Under the pieces are notes generated by a model. That model worked only from the letters and a program-made list of their open reading frames with translations, had not been told where the DNA came from and searched no databases. From an uncultured Acidobacteriota bacterium (GTDB lineage: Bacteria; Acidobacteriota; Terriglobia; Acidiferrales; UBA7541), in assembly GCA_963812645.1 (NCBI GenBank), contig CAWEVU010000003.1:98071-162070 (forward strand): a stretch of DNA of 64,000 nucleotides, read 5' to 3'. Every line of letters begins with the position of its first letter. The stretch's first letter is position 1. This document shows, piece after piece, positions 35,161-44,777 of the stretch. Both the position numbers and the translations under genes were made by a program.

Positions 35161-37641
35161 TTGGCGTCCATGCCCGATTCCGCATCGCCCTCTGGACGAA
35201 CGATTTCCCATTACCGTATCGTCGAGAAGTTAGGCGGTGGCGGGATGGGCGTCGTCTACAAGGCCGAAGACACCCGCCTGCATCGCTCCGTCGGTCTGAA
35301 ATTCCTTCCCGATGAATTGGCGCGCGACTCTCAGGCACTGGAACGCTTTCGTCGCGAGGCCGAGGCCGCTTCCGCCCTCAATCACCCCAACATCTGCACC
35401 ATTCACGATATCGGCGAAGAGGACGGTCGCGCCTATATCGTCATGGAATTCCTGGACGGCCAGACCCTGAAGCACGTAATCAACGGCCGTCCGATGGAAA
35501 CAGAGACTCTCCTCAATCTAGCCATCGAAATTGCCGATGCGCTCGACGCCGCTCACGCCGAAGGCATCGTGCATCGAGACATCAAGCCCGCAAACATCTT
35601 TGTCACAAAACGAGGCCATGCCAAGATTCTCGATTTCGGCTTGGCCAAGAAACTGTCGCCAGCTTCATCTTTGTCGATCTCCGCAACGCATGATGCCGGT
35701 GGAGGTATTTCTGCGGGGCAGCTCACTGATCCGGGCAGCACTCTGGGGACCGTCGCGTACATGAGCCCCGAGCAGGTGCGGGCGAAGGAGCTGGATGGAC
35801 GCAGTGATCTGTTCAGCTTCGGTGTCGTGCTGTACGAGATGGCCACAGGTGCAACGCCGTTTCGCGGCGAATCGACGGGGATCATCTTCGACGCGATCCT
35901 GAACCGCGCCGTTGTGCCGCCGGTGCGAATGAATCTGGATGTTCCTGCGGAGTTGGAGCGAATCATCCACAAGGCGCTGGAGAAGGACCGCGCGACGCGC
36001 TATCAGCACGCCGCCGATACGCGCGCGGATTTGAAAAGATTGAAGCGGGAGATGGACACGCGAGGCGGCGCGCCAGCGAGTTCAAGCGCGGTGCGCGCTT
36101 CGGAGGATAGCGGCGAGCTGCCCTTCGCACAACAGACCGTGTTGGCATCGGGTTCGGTTCCGGCTGTGGATCCAGTGTCGCGATCTTCGGGCACTGCAAA
36201 ATCCACCGAAATTCACACGACCGACGGAACGACGCCCTCGACGACGGAGCGGCGGCTGACACGGTTGATTGTTCTGCCCTTCCGGATGCTGCGGCCGGAT
36301 GCGGAAACGGAGTTTCTGACTTTCAGCCTCCCGGACGCGCTGACAACATCGCTTTCCAGTTTGAAGCCGCTGGTCGTGAGGTCCAGCATGGCGGCGGCAC
36401 GATTCGGAGCCGACGCAGACCCGAGAACCGTCGCCACGGAGGCCAACGTCGATGTCATCGTGACGGGCACATTGCTACGTGCTGGAAACGAGGTGCGCGT
36501 CTCGACCCAGCTTTCGGAGGTACCCAGCGGCACGCTGCTCGCCTCGCACACGGCGCAAGGTTCACTCGACAATCTGTTTCGCGTGCAGGACGAATTCACC
36601 GAACGAATCGTCGCTGCGCTCGCTCTGCGGCTTACTGCCGGCGAGCAGCAGGCCCTCCATTACGATGTGCCTTCCAATGCCAGGGCCTACGAATTCTTCC
36701 TGCGGGGCAACCAGCTCAGTTACGACGCGAAGCAGTGGTTGATCGCCCGCGATCTTTACCTGCAAGCGCTGAAGGAGGACCCTAAGTACGCGCCCGCCTG
36801 GGCGCGTCTGGGGCACATGCGCCACATGATTTCGAAGTATCTTCCGGTGGGTTCGTCAGAGGGACTGAAGGAGGCCGAGGCGGCGCTACGCCGCGCGATC
36901 GAGCTTAATCCGGACTTGGCGCTGGCGCACAAACTGCTGGCGCAGCTCGAAGTGGATCTGGGCCGCGCGCCGGATGCCATGGCGAGGTTGATCGAGCGGG
37001 CACATGCGACGCCCGACCCCGAGCTGCTGGTTGGCCTCGTCAGTACTTGCCGATACTGCGGCCTGCTTGACGCTTCGGTGGCGGCCCACAAACGGGCGCT
37101 CGAACTCGACCCCAAGATTCGCACGAGCGTGGCGCATACCTGGTTTATGCAGGGGGATTACGTCAGCCTCGCGGCCATCAGAATGGAGGAAGGGAATTAT
37201 ATTGTGGCGCTCGCGCTCGCGGAGCTGGGAAGAAAGGAAGAAGCGCTGCCGGCGTTGCGGGAACTGGAACCAAAGACCAAGACTCGCCTTCACGATTTCA
37301 TCATCGCGGTCATCGCGTTGCTCGAGAACGATGTCGCCGAGAGCGTCGCGGCCGTCAACCGCGTCGTCGCGTCGGAATTCAAGGACCCCGAGGGACTTTA
37401 CTATGTGGTGCGCCACCTCGCGCACTTGGGAGAGACCGGGCCCGCGCTGCAGCTTTTCGAGCGCGTCGTCGCGGGCGGCTACTTCTGTTATCCGGCCATG
37501 GCCAAGGACCCGTGGCTCGACTCCGTGCGCAACGAGCCGGCGTTCATTAGGCTGCTGCATCAGGCCGAAACGCAGCATCGGGACGCGGCCGCTTCGTTCA
37601 AACGCCTGCGCGGTGAGAAACTTTTGGGCGTGGCGATATAG
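35161..37641 (+). CDS. Ser/Thr protein kinase with central TolB-N-like region and C-terminal TPR repeats
   Basis: 826 aa. Hanks kinase motifs are present ([31 protein letters not shown]). TPR-like helices occupy the C-terminal third. Confidence 0.9.
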   Translation: MASMPDSASPSGRTISHYRIVEKLGGGGMGVVYKAEDTRLHRSVGLKFLPDELARDSQALERFRREAEAASALNHPNICTIHDIGEEDGRAYIVMEFLDGQTLKHVINGRPMETETLLNLAIEIADALDAAHAEGIVHRDIKPANIFVTKRGHAKILDFGLAKKLSPASSLSISATHDAGGGISAGQLTDPGSTLGTVAYMSPEQVRAKELDGRSDLFSFGVVLYEMATGATPFRGESTGIIFDAILNRAVVPPVRMNLDVPAELERIIHKALEKDRATRYQHAADTRADLKRLKREMDTRGGAPASSSAVRASEDSGELPFAQQTVLASGSVPAVDPVSRSSGTAKSTEIHTTDGTTPSTTERRLTRLIVLPFRMLRPDAETEFLTFSLPDALTTSLSSLKPLVVRSSMAAARFGADADPRTVATEANVDVIVTGTLLRAGNEVRVSTQLSEVPSGTLLASHTAQGSLDNLFRVQDEFTERIVAALALRLTAGEQQALHYDVPSNARAYEFFLRGNQLSYDAKQWLIARDLYLQALKEDPKYAPAWARLGHMRHMISKYLPVGSSEGLKEAEAALRRAIELNPDLALAHKLLAQLEVDLGRAPDAMARLIERAHATPDPELLVGLVSTCRYCGLLDASVAAHKRALELDPKIRTSVAHTWFMQGDYVSLAAIRMEEGNYIVALALAELGRKEEALPALRELEPKTKTRLHDFIIAVIALLENDVAESVAAVNRVVASEFKDPEGLYYVVRHLAHLGETGPALQLFERVVAGGYFCYPAMAKDPWLDSVRNEPAFIRLLHQAETQHRDAAASFKRLRGEKLLGVAI

Positions 37642-37682
37642 TGAAAGACTTTTCGGGAAACCGTCGTGAACGAGGTCATCGC

Positions 37683-37790
37683 TGTCTTCAGACCGCCCTC
37701 GTCGAAACAGAGGCCCGCTACGCCGTTCAAGGCAACAGCGCCAAAGCGCTAGCCGGCTACAAAGATTTCCTCACCCTCTGGCGGGTGGCG
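37683..37790 (+). pseudogene. remnant of the C-terminal end of a TPR-domain gene
   Basis: The translation ...ALVETEARYAVQGNSAKALAGYKDFLTLW matches the conserved ...KA..AYQDFLTLWKDADPD... tail that I recall from acidobacterial kinase/TPR proteins. There is no upstream body, and the frame degenerates after LTLW. Confidence 0.35.
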
Positions 37791-38425
37791 CAGGATTTTC
37801 TGAGGAATTACGCTTTTGGGTGGCCCATTCTTCCCGGTGTTTGGGAGGGATGGGGATTTCGGCCATATTTTCGGCCCCGCCCTTCGGCCCTGAGTTTCGG
37901 CCTTCCTTTGTTCTCTATCCTATGTGGTTCTGTTGATTTCATTCGCAGTGGTTGAATTTCTCCCCCGTAGGGGCGCCTGCTTGCTGCGAGAACGTCGGCC
38001 ATTTGCCTCCGCGCAACCCGATCGCGCTGTTTATGTGTTCCACCGGTCTCGGTAATCGGTCGAACGTCAACAGGGCCACTTGATCTTTGAATTTTTGGAA
38101 ATCGACTTGCTTCCAGTAAATCGAGAGGTCTGAAGAATTGGCTGACAGATTCCCGAATCCGGCTCGCACAAGAACGACCTGGAAAGGAGAAATCCCTCGA
38201 ATTCTAATCGCGTGCGAAATTATTAGAAATCGCCGTAACTGCAAGAAAACAAACAATCGGGGCCATTTCTAATCGAGTCAAAACGCATGGTATTAAGGAG
38301 GTTTACCTAGCGCCCCGCGTGCCGACGGCGCGATCGTTGCCACCTCAATCGCGCAGGGAATGACAATTCTCGTCTGGGAATTGCGTGAACTACTTCGGGT
38401 GATTTCGCAACCGATGGTTCTCGGC

Positions 38426-39067
38426 TTAACGGCTGATCGCCGGTTTCGGCTTGGCGGTGGCTTGCGCGTAGCGCGCCGTGATGTGCTTCACGTAATTGCG
38501 CGTCTCGGCATACGGCGGAACGCCGCCGTAGCGCGTCACCACTTCCGGCCCGGCGTTGTAAGCCGCCAGCGCCAGTTTCAAATCCCCGCGATAGTGGTCG
38601 AGCAGTTCTTTCAAATAACGCGTGCCGGCCTCAATATTCTGCACCGGATCGAATACGTCAGTGACCGCGAAACGCAAAGCAGTAGAAGGAAGCAGTTGCA
38701 TCAACCCAGCAGCCAGGCGCGGCGAAAGCGCATGCGGATTGAAATTCGATTCTTCGGCGATCACGCAGGTGATCAACATTTCATCCACGCCATGCCTCTT
38801 CGCTGCTACGCGGATCAGTTCGCTGAAGGGGCCAACGGCCGGTGGTGGCGTGGGATTGGGCTGAAAGACATCTTCCGGCTCGATCGAGACGATTTCGCTG
38901 ACGGGCATGTCCACGCGCCCGCCGGGCACAGTTAGCCGCATCACGTCGCCCACTTGCTCGTAGCCGGTGATGTGCAATCGCTCGCCGGAGCGCAGCACCG
39001 CATAATCGGCGCGCGCACACGTGGCGGCCAAAAGGAGCAGCGCAGGAATCAGTCCAATGCGTCGCAT
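38426..39067 (-). CDS. lytic transglycosylase (SLT domain) with signal peptide
   Basis: 213 aa. It has the catalytic motif (AEESNFNPHALSPRLAAGLMQLLPSTA) and AYNAGP. Confidence 0.85.
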   Translation of the reverse strand: MRRIGLIPALLLLAATCARADYAVLRSGERLHITGYEQVGDVMRLTVPGGRVDMPVSEIVSIEPEDVFQPNPTPPPAVGPFSELIRVAAKRHGVDEMLITCVIAEESNFNPHALSPRLAAGLMQLLPSTALRFAVTDVFDPVQNIEAGTRYLKELLDHYRGDLKLALAAYNAGPEVVTRYGGVPPYAETRNYVKHITARYAQATAKPKPAISR

Positions 39068-39086
39068 GCGTTCTGTGCTTGGATGC

Positions 39087-39926
39087 TCATTCTCCGAATG
39101 CGTATGTCCGGATCGCAGCCGCCAGTCCCGCTTCGTCGTTCGTGAGCGTAACCGGCCAGCCGCGCAATTTCAATTCCGGCACGCTGTTTCCCATCACCAC
39201 GGGCAATCCCGCGAACTCGAGCATCTCGTGATCGTTCCAGTTATCGCCCACGGCCATCACCTCATCGCGCGCGATGCCGCGGCGCCGCGCCCACTCCTCG
39301 AGCGTCGTGCCTTTCGAGCAGTTCCGGCTGATCACATCAAGGATCGAAAAATTCTTGGCTTCGTACTCAGTGATCGCCAGCGAATAACGGTCCGCCGCCG
39401 GAAGCTCCTGCAGCAGCCGAAATGCGCCGCGCACGTGATCGAATGGCCCGGTGAACATCACTTGAATCGGATCCTCGACATCGAGACACGTCTCGAGCGG
39501 CGACACCTGCGCGATGTATTCCTTGTTCCGCTCGAAATATTGCTGCCGCGAAGGATCATTCCAATCGATACATTCCAGGATCACCTGCCGCTCTTTTGGG
39601 CGATCGAAAATCACCGCAGCCCCGGATCGATAATCGCGCGCCGCCTCGAGAACCATCTTAGCGGTTGCCCGCGGCAGCAGATGCCGCAGATGCGTTTCGC
39701 CGTCGAGAGATTTGATCAGCGCGCCGTTGTTGACGATCAGGAGCAGCTCGCAATCAAGCTGCTCGGCCACCGGCCGGGCGAAATCAAAGCGCCTTCCAGT
39801 GACGAGCAGAACTTCGATTCCGCGCCTCGCAGCCTCCGTAATGGCCGCGCGATTCGCCTCCGGGATTTTCCAATGGCTGTCGAGCAAGGTGCCGTCAATG
39901 TCCATCGCCAGAAGCTTTACGGGCAT
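39087..39926 (-). CDS. Cof-type HAD-IIB family hydrolase
   Basis: 279 aa. HAD motifs are present: DIDGTLL at the N-terminus, VTGR, and GDNWNDHEML near the C-terminus. Confidence 0.85.
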   Translation of the reverse strand: MPVKLLAMDIDGTLLDSHWKIPEANRAAITEAARRGIEVLLVTGRRFDFARPVAEQLDCELLLIVNNGALIKSLDGETHLRHLLPRATAKMVLEAARDYRSGAAVIFDRPKERQVILECIDWNDPSRQQYFERNKEYIAQVSPLETCLDVEDPIQVMFTGPFDHVRGAFRLLQELPAADRYSLAITEYEAKNFSILDVISRNCSKGTTLEEWARRRGIARDEVMAVGDNWNDHEMLEFAGLPVVMGNSVPELKLRGWPVTLTNDEAGLAAAIRTYAFGE

Positions 39927-40051
39927 GCTTCAATCTTAGCAAGCTCGCGCGACTTCCGCCGCGAGAGTTCCGTCCGTTCACCCTCTTCGACAGCAGCCGA
40001 AATGGACGGCTTGCCCTAGTGTCGCCGTCTGCTAAAATAAATCCATCCGGT

Positions 40052-40127
40052 GGGCGGCTAGCTCAGCTGGGAGAGCGCCTCGTTCGCAACGAGGAGGCCG
40101 GGGGTTCGAATCCCCTGCCGTCCACCA
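40052..40127 (+). tRNA. tRNA-Ala (anticodon CGC), CCA encoded
   Basis: Manual cloverleaf: acceptor GGGCGGC/GCCGUCC with G3:U70, D arm GCUC-AGCUGGGA-GAGC, anticodon stem CCUCG/CGAGG with loop UUCGCAA, and T arm GGGGG-UUCGAAU-CCCCU. Confidence 0.9.
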
Positions 40128-40255
40128 GCCTTCGCCAAGGCTTCGGCACGGCGTGCCAGCAAGCTTTGCTGCGCGCAGTCTGGCTGGGTAGGCCACGAGA
40201 AGCGAAGGCTGTCGCGCCGGAGCGATAGCGTAGGCGGAATCCCGGGCGGCCCTCC

Positions 40256-40495
40256 ATGAAATATGTTTACATTCTGCAGAGTCTGGCGGACACAGAGCGT
40301 TTCTACACAGGCATCACGGATGATTTGAAGGCCAGGCTTTCGCGGCATAATGCGGGAGCAGTCACACATACCGCCAGGTATCGTCCTTGGCGCATTAAGA
40401 CCTACGTCGCATTCACGGACGAAGGGCGCTCAGTTGCGTTCGAGAAGTATCTGAAGTCCGGATCAGGCCGTGCGTTCGCAAAAGCGAGACTGTAG
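40256..40495 (+). CDS. small GIY-YIG nuclease-family protein (UPF0213/YhbQ-like)
   Basis: 79 aa: MKYVYILQS....RFYTGITDDLKARLSRHNAG...KYLKSGSGRAF. It carries the GIY-YIG hallmark (YVYIL...YTG). Confidence 0.85.
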   Translation: MKYVYILQSLADTERFYTGITDDLKARLSRHNAGAVTHTARYRPWRIKTYVAFTDEGRSVAFEKYLKSGSGRAFAKARL

Positions 40496-40496
40496 C

Positions 40497-40513
40497 TCCC
40501 CTGCCGTCCACCA
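40497..40513 (+). repeat. 17-nt direct repeat of the tRNA-Ala 3' end (TCCCCTGCCGTCCACCA)
   Basis: Identical to 40111-40127. It starts 2 nt after the GIY-YIG stop codon. Confidence 0.9.
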
Positions 40514-40655
40514 ATCTTCCACCGCAGTTCTACTAACGCCACCGTAACTCGTTTGGCGCGATAGTACGCCCGTACCATCGACGCGCTCGCTTCACCTCCG
40601 CATCCTTAAATCAGCAAGCGAATCGGCTTTGCTAAGGAGCGAGCGAACCGCAGCC

Positions 40656-41054
40656 ATGAGCGCGTCGAATCCACACCCGATAATTCCGGACGGCGAGATC
40701 AATATCGCCCAAGCCACAAAGGAGGGCGATCGCCGCCGGGCTGCACGCGCGTCCGTGCTGATACCGGTGCGGCTTCGCCCGGTGCGCTTCACGGATGGGA
40801 ACTTCGAGGATCTGACCTCGACGGTCAACGTCGCGCGAGGCTGCCTCTACGTCACCACCTGGCGCGATTCCTACTATCCCGGCATGCGCGTGCTGGTCAC
40901 CTATCCCTACATTTCATCGGGGAAAGGGAGCGGCTGGGAATACCTCGGGGAAGTAGTGCGCTTGGAGACCCATCCCGACGGCAGATTTCGAGTCGCGGTA
41001 AAGCTTCAATTCGTAATGCAGTCGTCGCCCAGCCCGAGGCTGTTGACACTCTGA
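40656..41054 (+). CDS. PilZ-domain-like protein
   Basis: 132 aa from the ATG at 40656. It has an RRxxxR-like motif (GDRRRAARASVLIPV) and a downstream DLTSTVNVARGCLYV segment, resembling the PilZ c-di-GMP binding motifs. The start is uncertain (TTG at 40629 in the track). Confidence 0.5.
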   Translation: MSASNPHPIIPDGEINIAQATKEGDRRRAARASVLIPVRLRPVRFTDGNFEDLTSTVNVARGCLYVTTWRDSYYPGMRVLVTYPYISSGKGSGWEYLGEVVRLETHPDGRFRVAVKLQFVMQSSPSPRLLTL

Positions 41055-41196
41055 GCCTGTGGGTCAATCAGTGCCGCGACTCCGGCGTCTCCGCTCGGTG
41101 CGCTCGCGGCCGACGATGATTCTTCCTTGTGTGGAAGGAACTGCAGGATCGGTGTGCGCGCAGAGCGATTCGAGCTGAATTTTCGAGGTCAAAAAG

Positions 41197-41319
41197 ATGC
41201 TTCACACAATCCATTCCGAGCCTGTCCTGCTGGCCGTCGTCGGTGCGGCGCTGGTGGGGATTGCAATTTTTCTACGGATCATCGTTCCGCCGCACATGAA
41301 CCAGCACCACAAGCAATAG
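41197..41319 (+). CDS. candidate 40-aa single-TM micro-protein (below the ORF-track cutoff)
   Basis: Own translation gives MLHTIHSEPVLLAVVGAALVGIAIFLRIIVPPHMNQHHKQ*. GAGGT lies 7 nt upstream of the ATG. Confidence 0.3.
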   Translation: MLHTIHSEPVLLAVVGAALVGIAIFLRIIVPPHMNQHHKQ

Positions 41320-41401
41320 GCGAGATCCGAGGAAACCAGGCGGAATTGCGTCTGTGTCAGGAAGCTTTTCGACTCGCGCAACTCGCACGTTTGCGGCAAA
41401 G

Positions 41402-42634
41402 TTATTTTTCGGTGGTTACAACGTCCGGCTCGGCGGTGTTCGTAGGCAGCTCAGGCTCTTCAAGCCGCGGCTCGGCCAAATCTCCGAGCTGCACCTTCAG
41501 GTTGTTCGGATTCGTCGCGTAGGATATTCCGGTCGGAAAATCAATCTTGCCATCGCGAATCAGCTGTTCGATCACCATATCGAAAGTCTGCATGCCTTCG
41601 TTATCCCCGGCACGCATAGCATCCACGATCGAACGCGAGTCGCTTTCGCCCTTGGCCACGTAGTCGCGCGTCCGCATCGTTGATTTCAGAATTTCGACCG
41701 CCGCGATCCGCCCCGTCCCGGCGATATTCGGAATCAGGCGCTGCGCGACGATGAAGCGGAACATTCTCGCCAGCCGGGAGCGAATGGTCATCTGCTCGTT
41801 CAGCGGAAACGCGCCGACGATGCGTTCGACGGTTTTTGCGGCATCAATCGTATGCAGAGTCGAGAGAACGAGAATGCCGGTTTCCGCGGCCTCCAGAGCC
41901 GTCTCGATAGTTTCCCTGTCGCGCATTTCGCCGACGAGGATGACTTTGGGCGCCTGGCGCAGCGCGGCGCGCAACGCTGCCGCGAAACTCGGCGTGTCGC
42001 TGTAAAGCTCGCGCTGGTGAATCGCAGCGCGTTTGTGGGGATGCAGAAATTCAATCGGATCTTCGATTGTCAGGATGTGACAGGCCTTATGTTCGTTGAT
42101 GCTGTCAACGATGGCCGCGAGAGTGGACGATTTTCCCGATCCGCTTGGCCCGGTCACAAGAACAATCCCATTGCGCAGGTCGGCGATTTCCGCCAATTGC
42201 GGAGGCAGGTTCAGCGCCTTCAAGTCGGGTATGGTGTTGGGAATCACGCGCATGACGATCGCGCAACTGCCGCGCTGCGTGAATATGTTCACGCGGAAGC
42301 GGCACAGCTTGGCCACCGCGTAGGACAGGTCACAAGAACCCTCTTCGCGCAGCTTGCGCACGAATTCCTGATTTCCGCCGATGACATCCGCGGCAATGCG
42401 CGCCGTGTCTTCCGAAGTGAGGACGTTGATTCCGGGCAGATTGAGCTGCAGGAGCTGGCCATTCACTTCCGCCATCGGGGCGCGTCCCGGCGAGAAGATC
42501 ACGTCGCTGGTGCTCTTGGCGATCTCCAGCATTTGCCGGATCAGCTCGGGCGTGGGCAGCATGCGATGCACCGGCGCGGACGACTGAACGGCTTGTTGTT
42601 TTGGACTTTCCCCGATGGGATTGGGGGTGTCCAT
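41402..42634 (-). CDS. PilT/PilU-family retraction ATPase (second copy, N-terminally extended)
   Basis: 410 aa. It has Walker A GPSGSGKSS, a PilT-like core (HILTIEDPIEFLH, ILVGEMRD) and a C-terminal extension. Confidence 0.9.
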   Translation of the reverse strand: MDTPNPIGESPKQQAVQSSAPVHRMLPTPELIRQMLEIAKSTSDVIFSPGRAPMAEVNGQLLQLNLPGINVLTSEDTARIAADVIGGNQEFVRKLREEGSCDLSYAVAKLCRFRVNIFTQRGSCAIVMRVIPNTIPDLKALNLPPQLAEIADLRNGIVLVTGPSGSGKSSTLAAIVDSINEHKACHILTIEDPIEFLHPHKRAAIHQRELYSDTPSFAAALRAALRQAPKVILVGEMRDRETIETALEAAETGILVLSTLHTIDAAKTVERIVGAFPLNEQMTIRSRLARMFRFIVAQRLIPNIAGTGRIAAVEILKSTMRTRDYVAKGESDSRSIVDAMRAGDNEGMQTFDMVIEQLIRDGKIDFPTGISYATNPNNLKVQLGDLAEPRLEEPELPTNTAEPDVVTTEK

Positions 42635-42723
42635 GCGCGCACTCCTCTACGACTTCCGACTCTCAGTCTGAGACAGGAACCTGCAGCCCGCCATAGAGCC
42701 GTGGGACAGGTGTAGCCTAAGGA

Positions 42724-44568
42724 TTAGCGCGGGGCGTGCTCCGCGTCGTGTTGCCGCTCCGACATCTCGTGCGCTTCAGGCTTCACGTGAGAGACGCTCA
42801 CCTCAACTGCTGCGGGAAGGGTGATCCGGAAAGTTGCGCCTCCGCCACGGCGATTAAAACATTCAATCTTGCCACCGTGTTCCTGAACGATTCCGTAGGA
42901 GATGCTCAGGCCCAAGCCGGTGCCTTTCCCGACCGGTTTGGTCGTAAAGAACGGATCGAAGACGTGGTTCGGCGACTTCATTCCCGGGCCGGTGTCCGAG
43001 AAATCGAGGATGACGCTCGAGTCCTTTTGCGTGGCGCGAATGGTCAGGACTCCGCCGCCGACTTCCTCGAGCGCATCAATGGCGTTATCCACGAGGTTGA
43101 AGAACACCTGCATAAGCTGGTTGGCGTCACCGCGCACGTGGGGCAGCGATTCCGAAGGCACAAACTCGGTGCGGATGCCTTTGCCGCGCGTGTCGAGGCT
43201 GCTGAGATTGAGAGCGCTCGATATGACCTGTGCCACATCGAGAAGTGCGATTTCCGGCGGAACGCGCCTCGCAAAACTCAGCAAGTTGGCCACGAGCGTC
43301 TTGATTCGCCGGGCCAGCACTGCAGTTTTGTTGGCCAGCAATTGCTGCTTGTCGCTCAGCCCTCCTTCGCTCGCCAGCAACTCGGTGTAACCGAGAATGC
43401 CCGTGAGAGGATTGTTGATTTCGTGCGCAGCGCCCGCCGCCAGTTGCCCAAGAGAGACTAGCTTCTCAGTTTGAATCATCTGCGTTTGGAGATGCCGGAG
43501 GTCTTCGAGCGCATCCTGCGAGGCTTTCAGGAGTCTCTCGCGATCGCGGTCAACGAGACGCTGCCGCATGAATACGAGAAGGCCGGCGATGATTACGGCA
43601 ATCTGCGTCACGCCAATTTGAAAGCTTCGCACCGAGGGCGGCGCTTCGTGGGAAACCGCGGCATAAAGCGCCATCACCGGCATCGAAAATACGGCCACCA
43701 GAGCGAGCCTTGCCGGCCAGGCACTCATTCTCTTCGAGGCGTGCTCGAGGGTCTGGGGCACTCGATGCGTCTGCAGCGAGACCAAACCCGCCGTCCCGAA
43801 CCACACCAGCGCCGCCACGAGAGGAAGATCGTACGGACTGCCGGTGTAATAGAGGTTTTTCCCGATGGCTTCATTGGAAACGTACACGCCCACGGCGAAC
43901 AGCAACGACGCGCAGCACAAATGCGCGTAAATCGTCTTCCATCGTCCGCGAGCCTGGAAGTAAAGAACCGCGAGTCCTCCGGCGAGAAAGAGATTCTGAA
44001 CGCCTTCGAGGGAATCGAAGGCATTGTCGTAGCGCTCGACATTCAGCGACACGTACTGCCATGGCGTAACGATGAACAGATAGAGATAAACCCACCAGAG
44101 CAGCAGCAGCGTGAAATTGATGTAGCCGAGATGCATGCGCAGATCATCGCGGCGGTCGTGCGGCCGGAGAGCCAGCGCCCCGATCATGGGCACGGCGTGG
44201 AGAAACAAGATTACGTCGCCAACGTAAGGGTCCGGTATGGCCTGGTGCTTGAACGCTTCGAGATAGGTCCACAGGAACTGTCCCGCCATCCAGGCGGCGA
44301 CTCCGAGACCGAAAAAGGCCCAGAAGGCCCGGCTGCGGCGCGGTGGATGTGCGACATTCGCCAGGATGCAGGCTGCGGCAAATACGGCGGCGAGCGACAT
44401 TCCTACATCGCCAAACATGGTTAGGCGCGGACCCGGAGGGACTATCAAGCCGCAAACCGCGAAGGTGCCGCAGAACGCCAGCCAGGCCCCAATAATTAGC
44501 CAGTTCGTGGTTGGGTGCGCGGACCCGAGGTCCGGCCCGATGTGAATTTTGAGAGGCGCCTGGCTCAT
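42724..44568 (-). CDS. sensor histidine kinase with ~9-helix membrane domain
   Basis: 614 aa. It has an H-box (AAGAAHEINNPL) and N/G boxes (FFNLVDNAIDA, DTGPGM, GTGLGLSISYG). Confidence 0.85.
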   Translation of the reverse strand: MSQAPLKIHIGPDLGSAHPTTNWLIIGAWLAFCGTFAVCGLIVPPGPRLTMFGDVGMSLAAVFAAACILANVAHPPRRSRAFWAFFGLGVAAWMAGQFLWTYLEAFKHQAIPDPYVGDVILFLHAVPMIGALALRPHDRRDDLRMHLGYINFTLLLLWWVYLYLFIVTPWQYVSLNVERYDNAFDSLEGVQNLFLAGGLAVLYFQARGRWKTIYAHLCCASLLFAVGVYVSNEAIGKNLYYTGSPYDLPLVAALVWFGTAGLVSLQTHRVPQTLEHASKRMSAWPARLALVAVFSMPVMALYAAVSHEAPPSVRSFQIGVTQIAVIIAGLLVFMRQRLVDRDRERLLKASQDALEDLRHLQTQMIQTEKLVSLGQLAAGAAHEINNPLTGILGYTELLASEGGLSDKQQLLANKTAVLARRIKTLVANLLSFARRVPPEIALLDVAQVISSALNLSSLDTRGKGIRTEFVPSESLPHVRGDANQLMQVFFNLVDNAIDALEEVGGGVLTIRATQKDSSVILDFSDTGPGMKSPNHVFDPFFTTKPVGKGTGLGLSISYGIVQEHGGKIECFNRRGGGATFRITLPAAVEVSVSHVKPEAHEMSERQHDAEHAPR

Positions 44569-44777
44569 GAGAAGGCTTAAAGCGACTTGGATAAGGTTAA
44601 GACTGGGTTGGGCTTAGAGGGAGGGGACAGTTGGAGGGTAGTTCCAGTACTGCAACATACCTAACGTCATAGAGCCGTTAGGTTCGAGGGGGATCGGCTG
44701 ACGTCCCAAGCAATGGCTGGGCGAATGAGCACCCAGAGCGGGCGACTGAAATAATCCAGAACCAAGCCCGTTGTGCT

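Noticed and set aside
38279-38300. Strong Shine-Dalgarno-like AAGGAGGT at ~38293 suggesting a small gene
   Set aside because: No ATG, GTG or TTG start lies in a usable window, because a TAG follows after 6 nt. No ORF of meaningful length follows on that strand.
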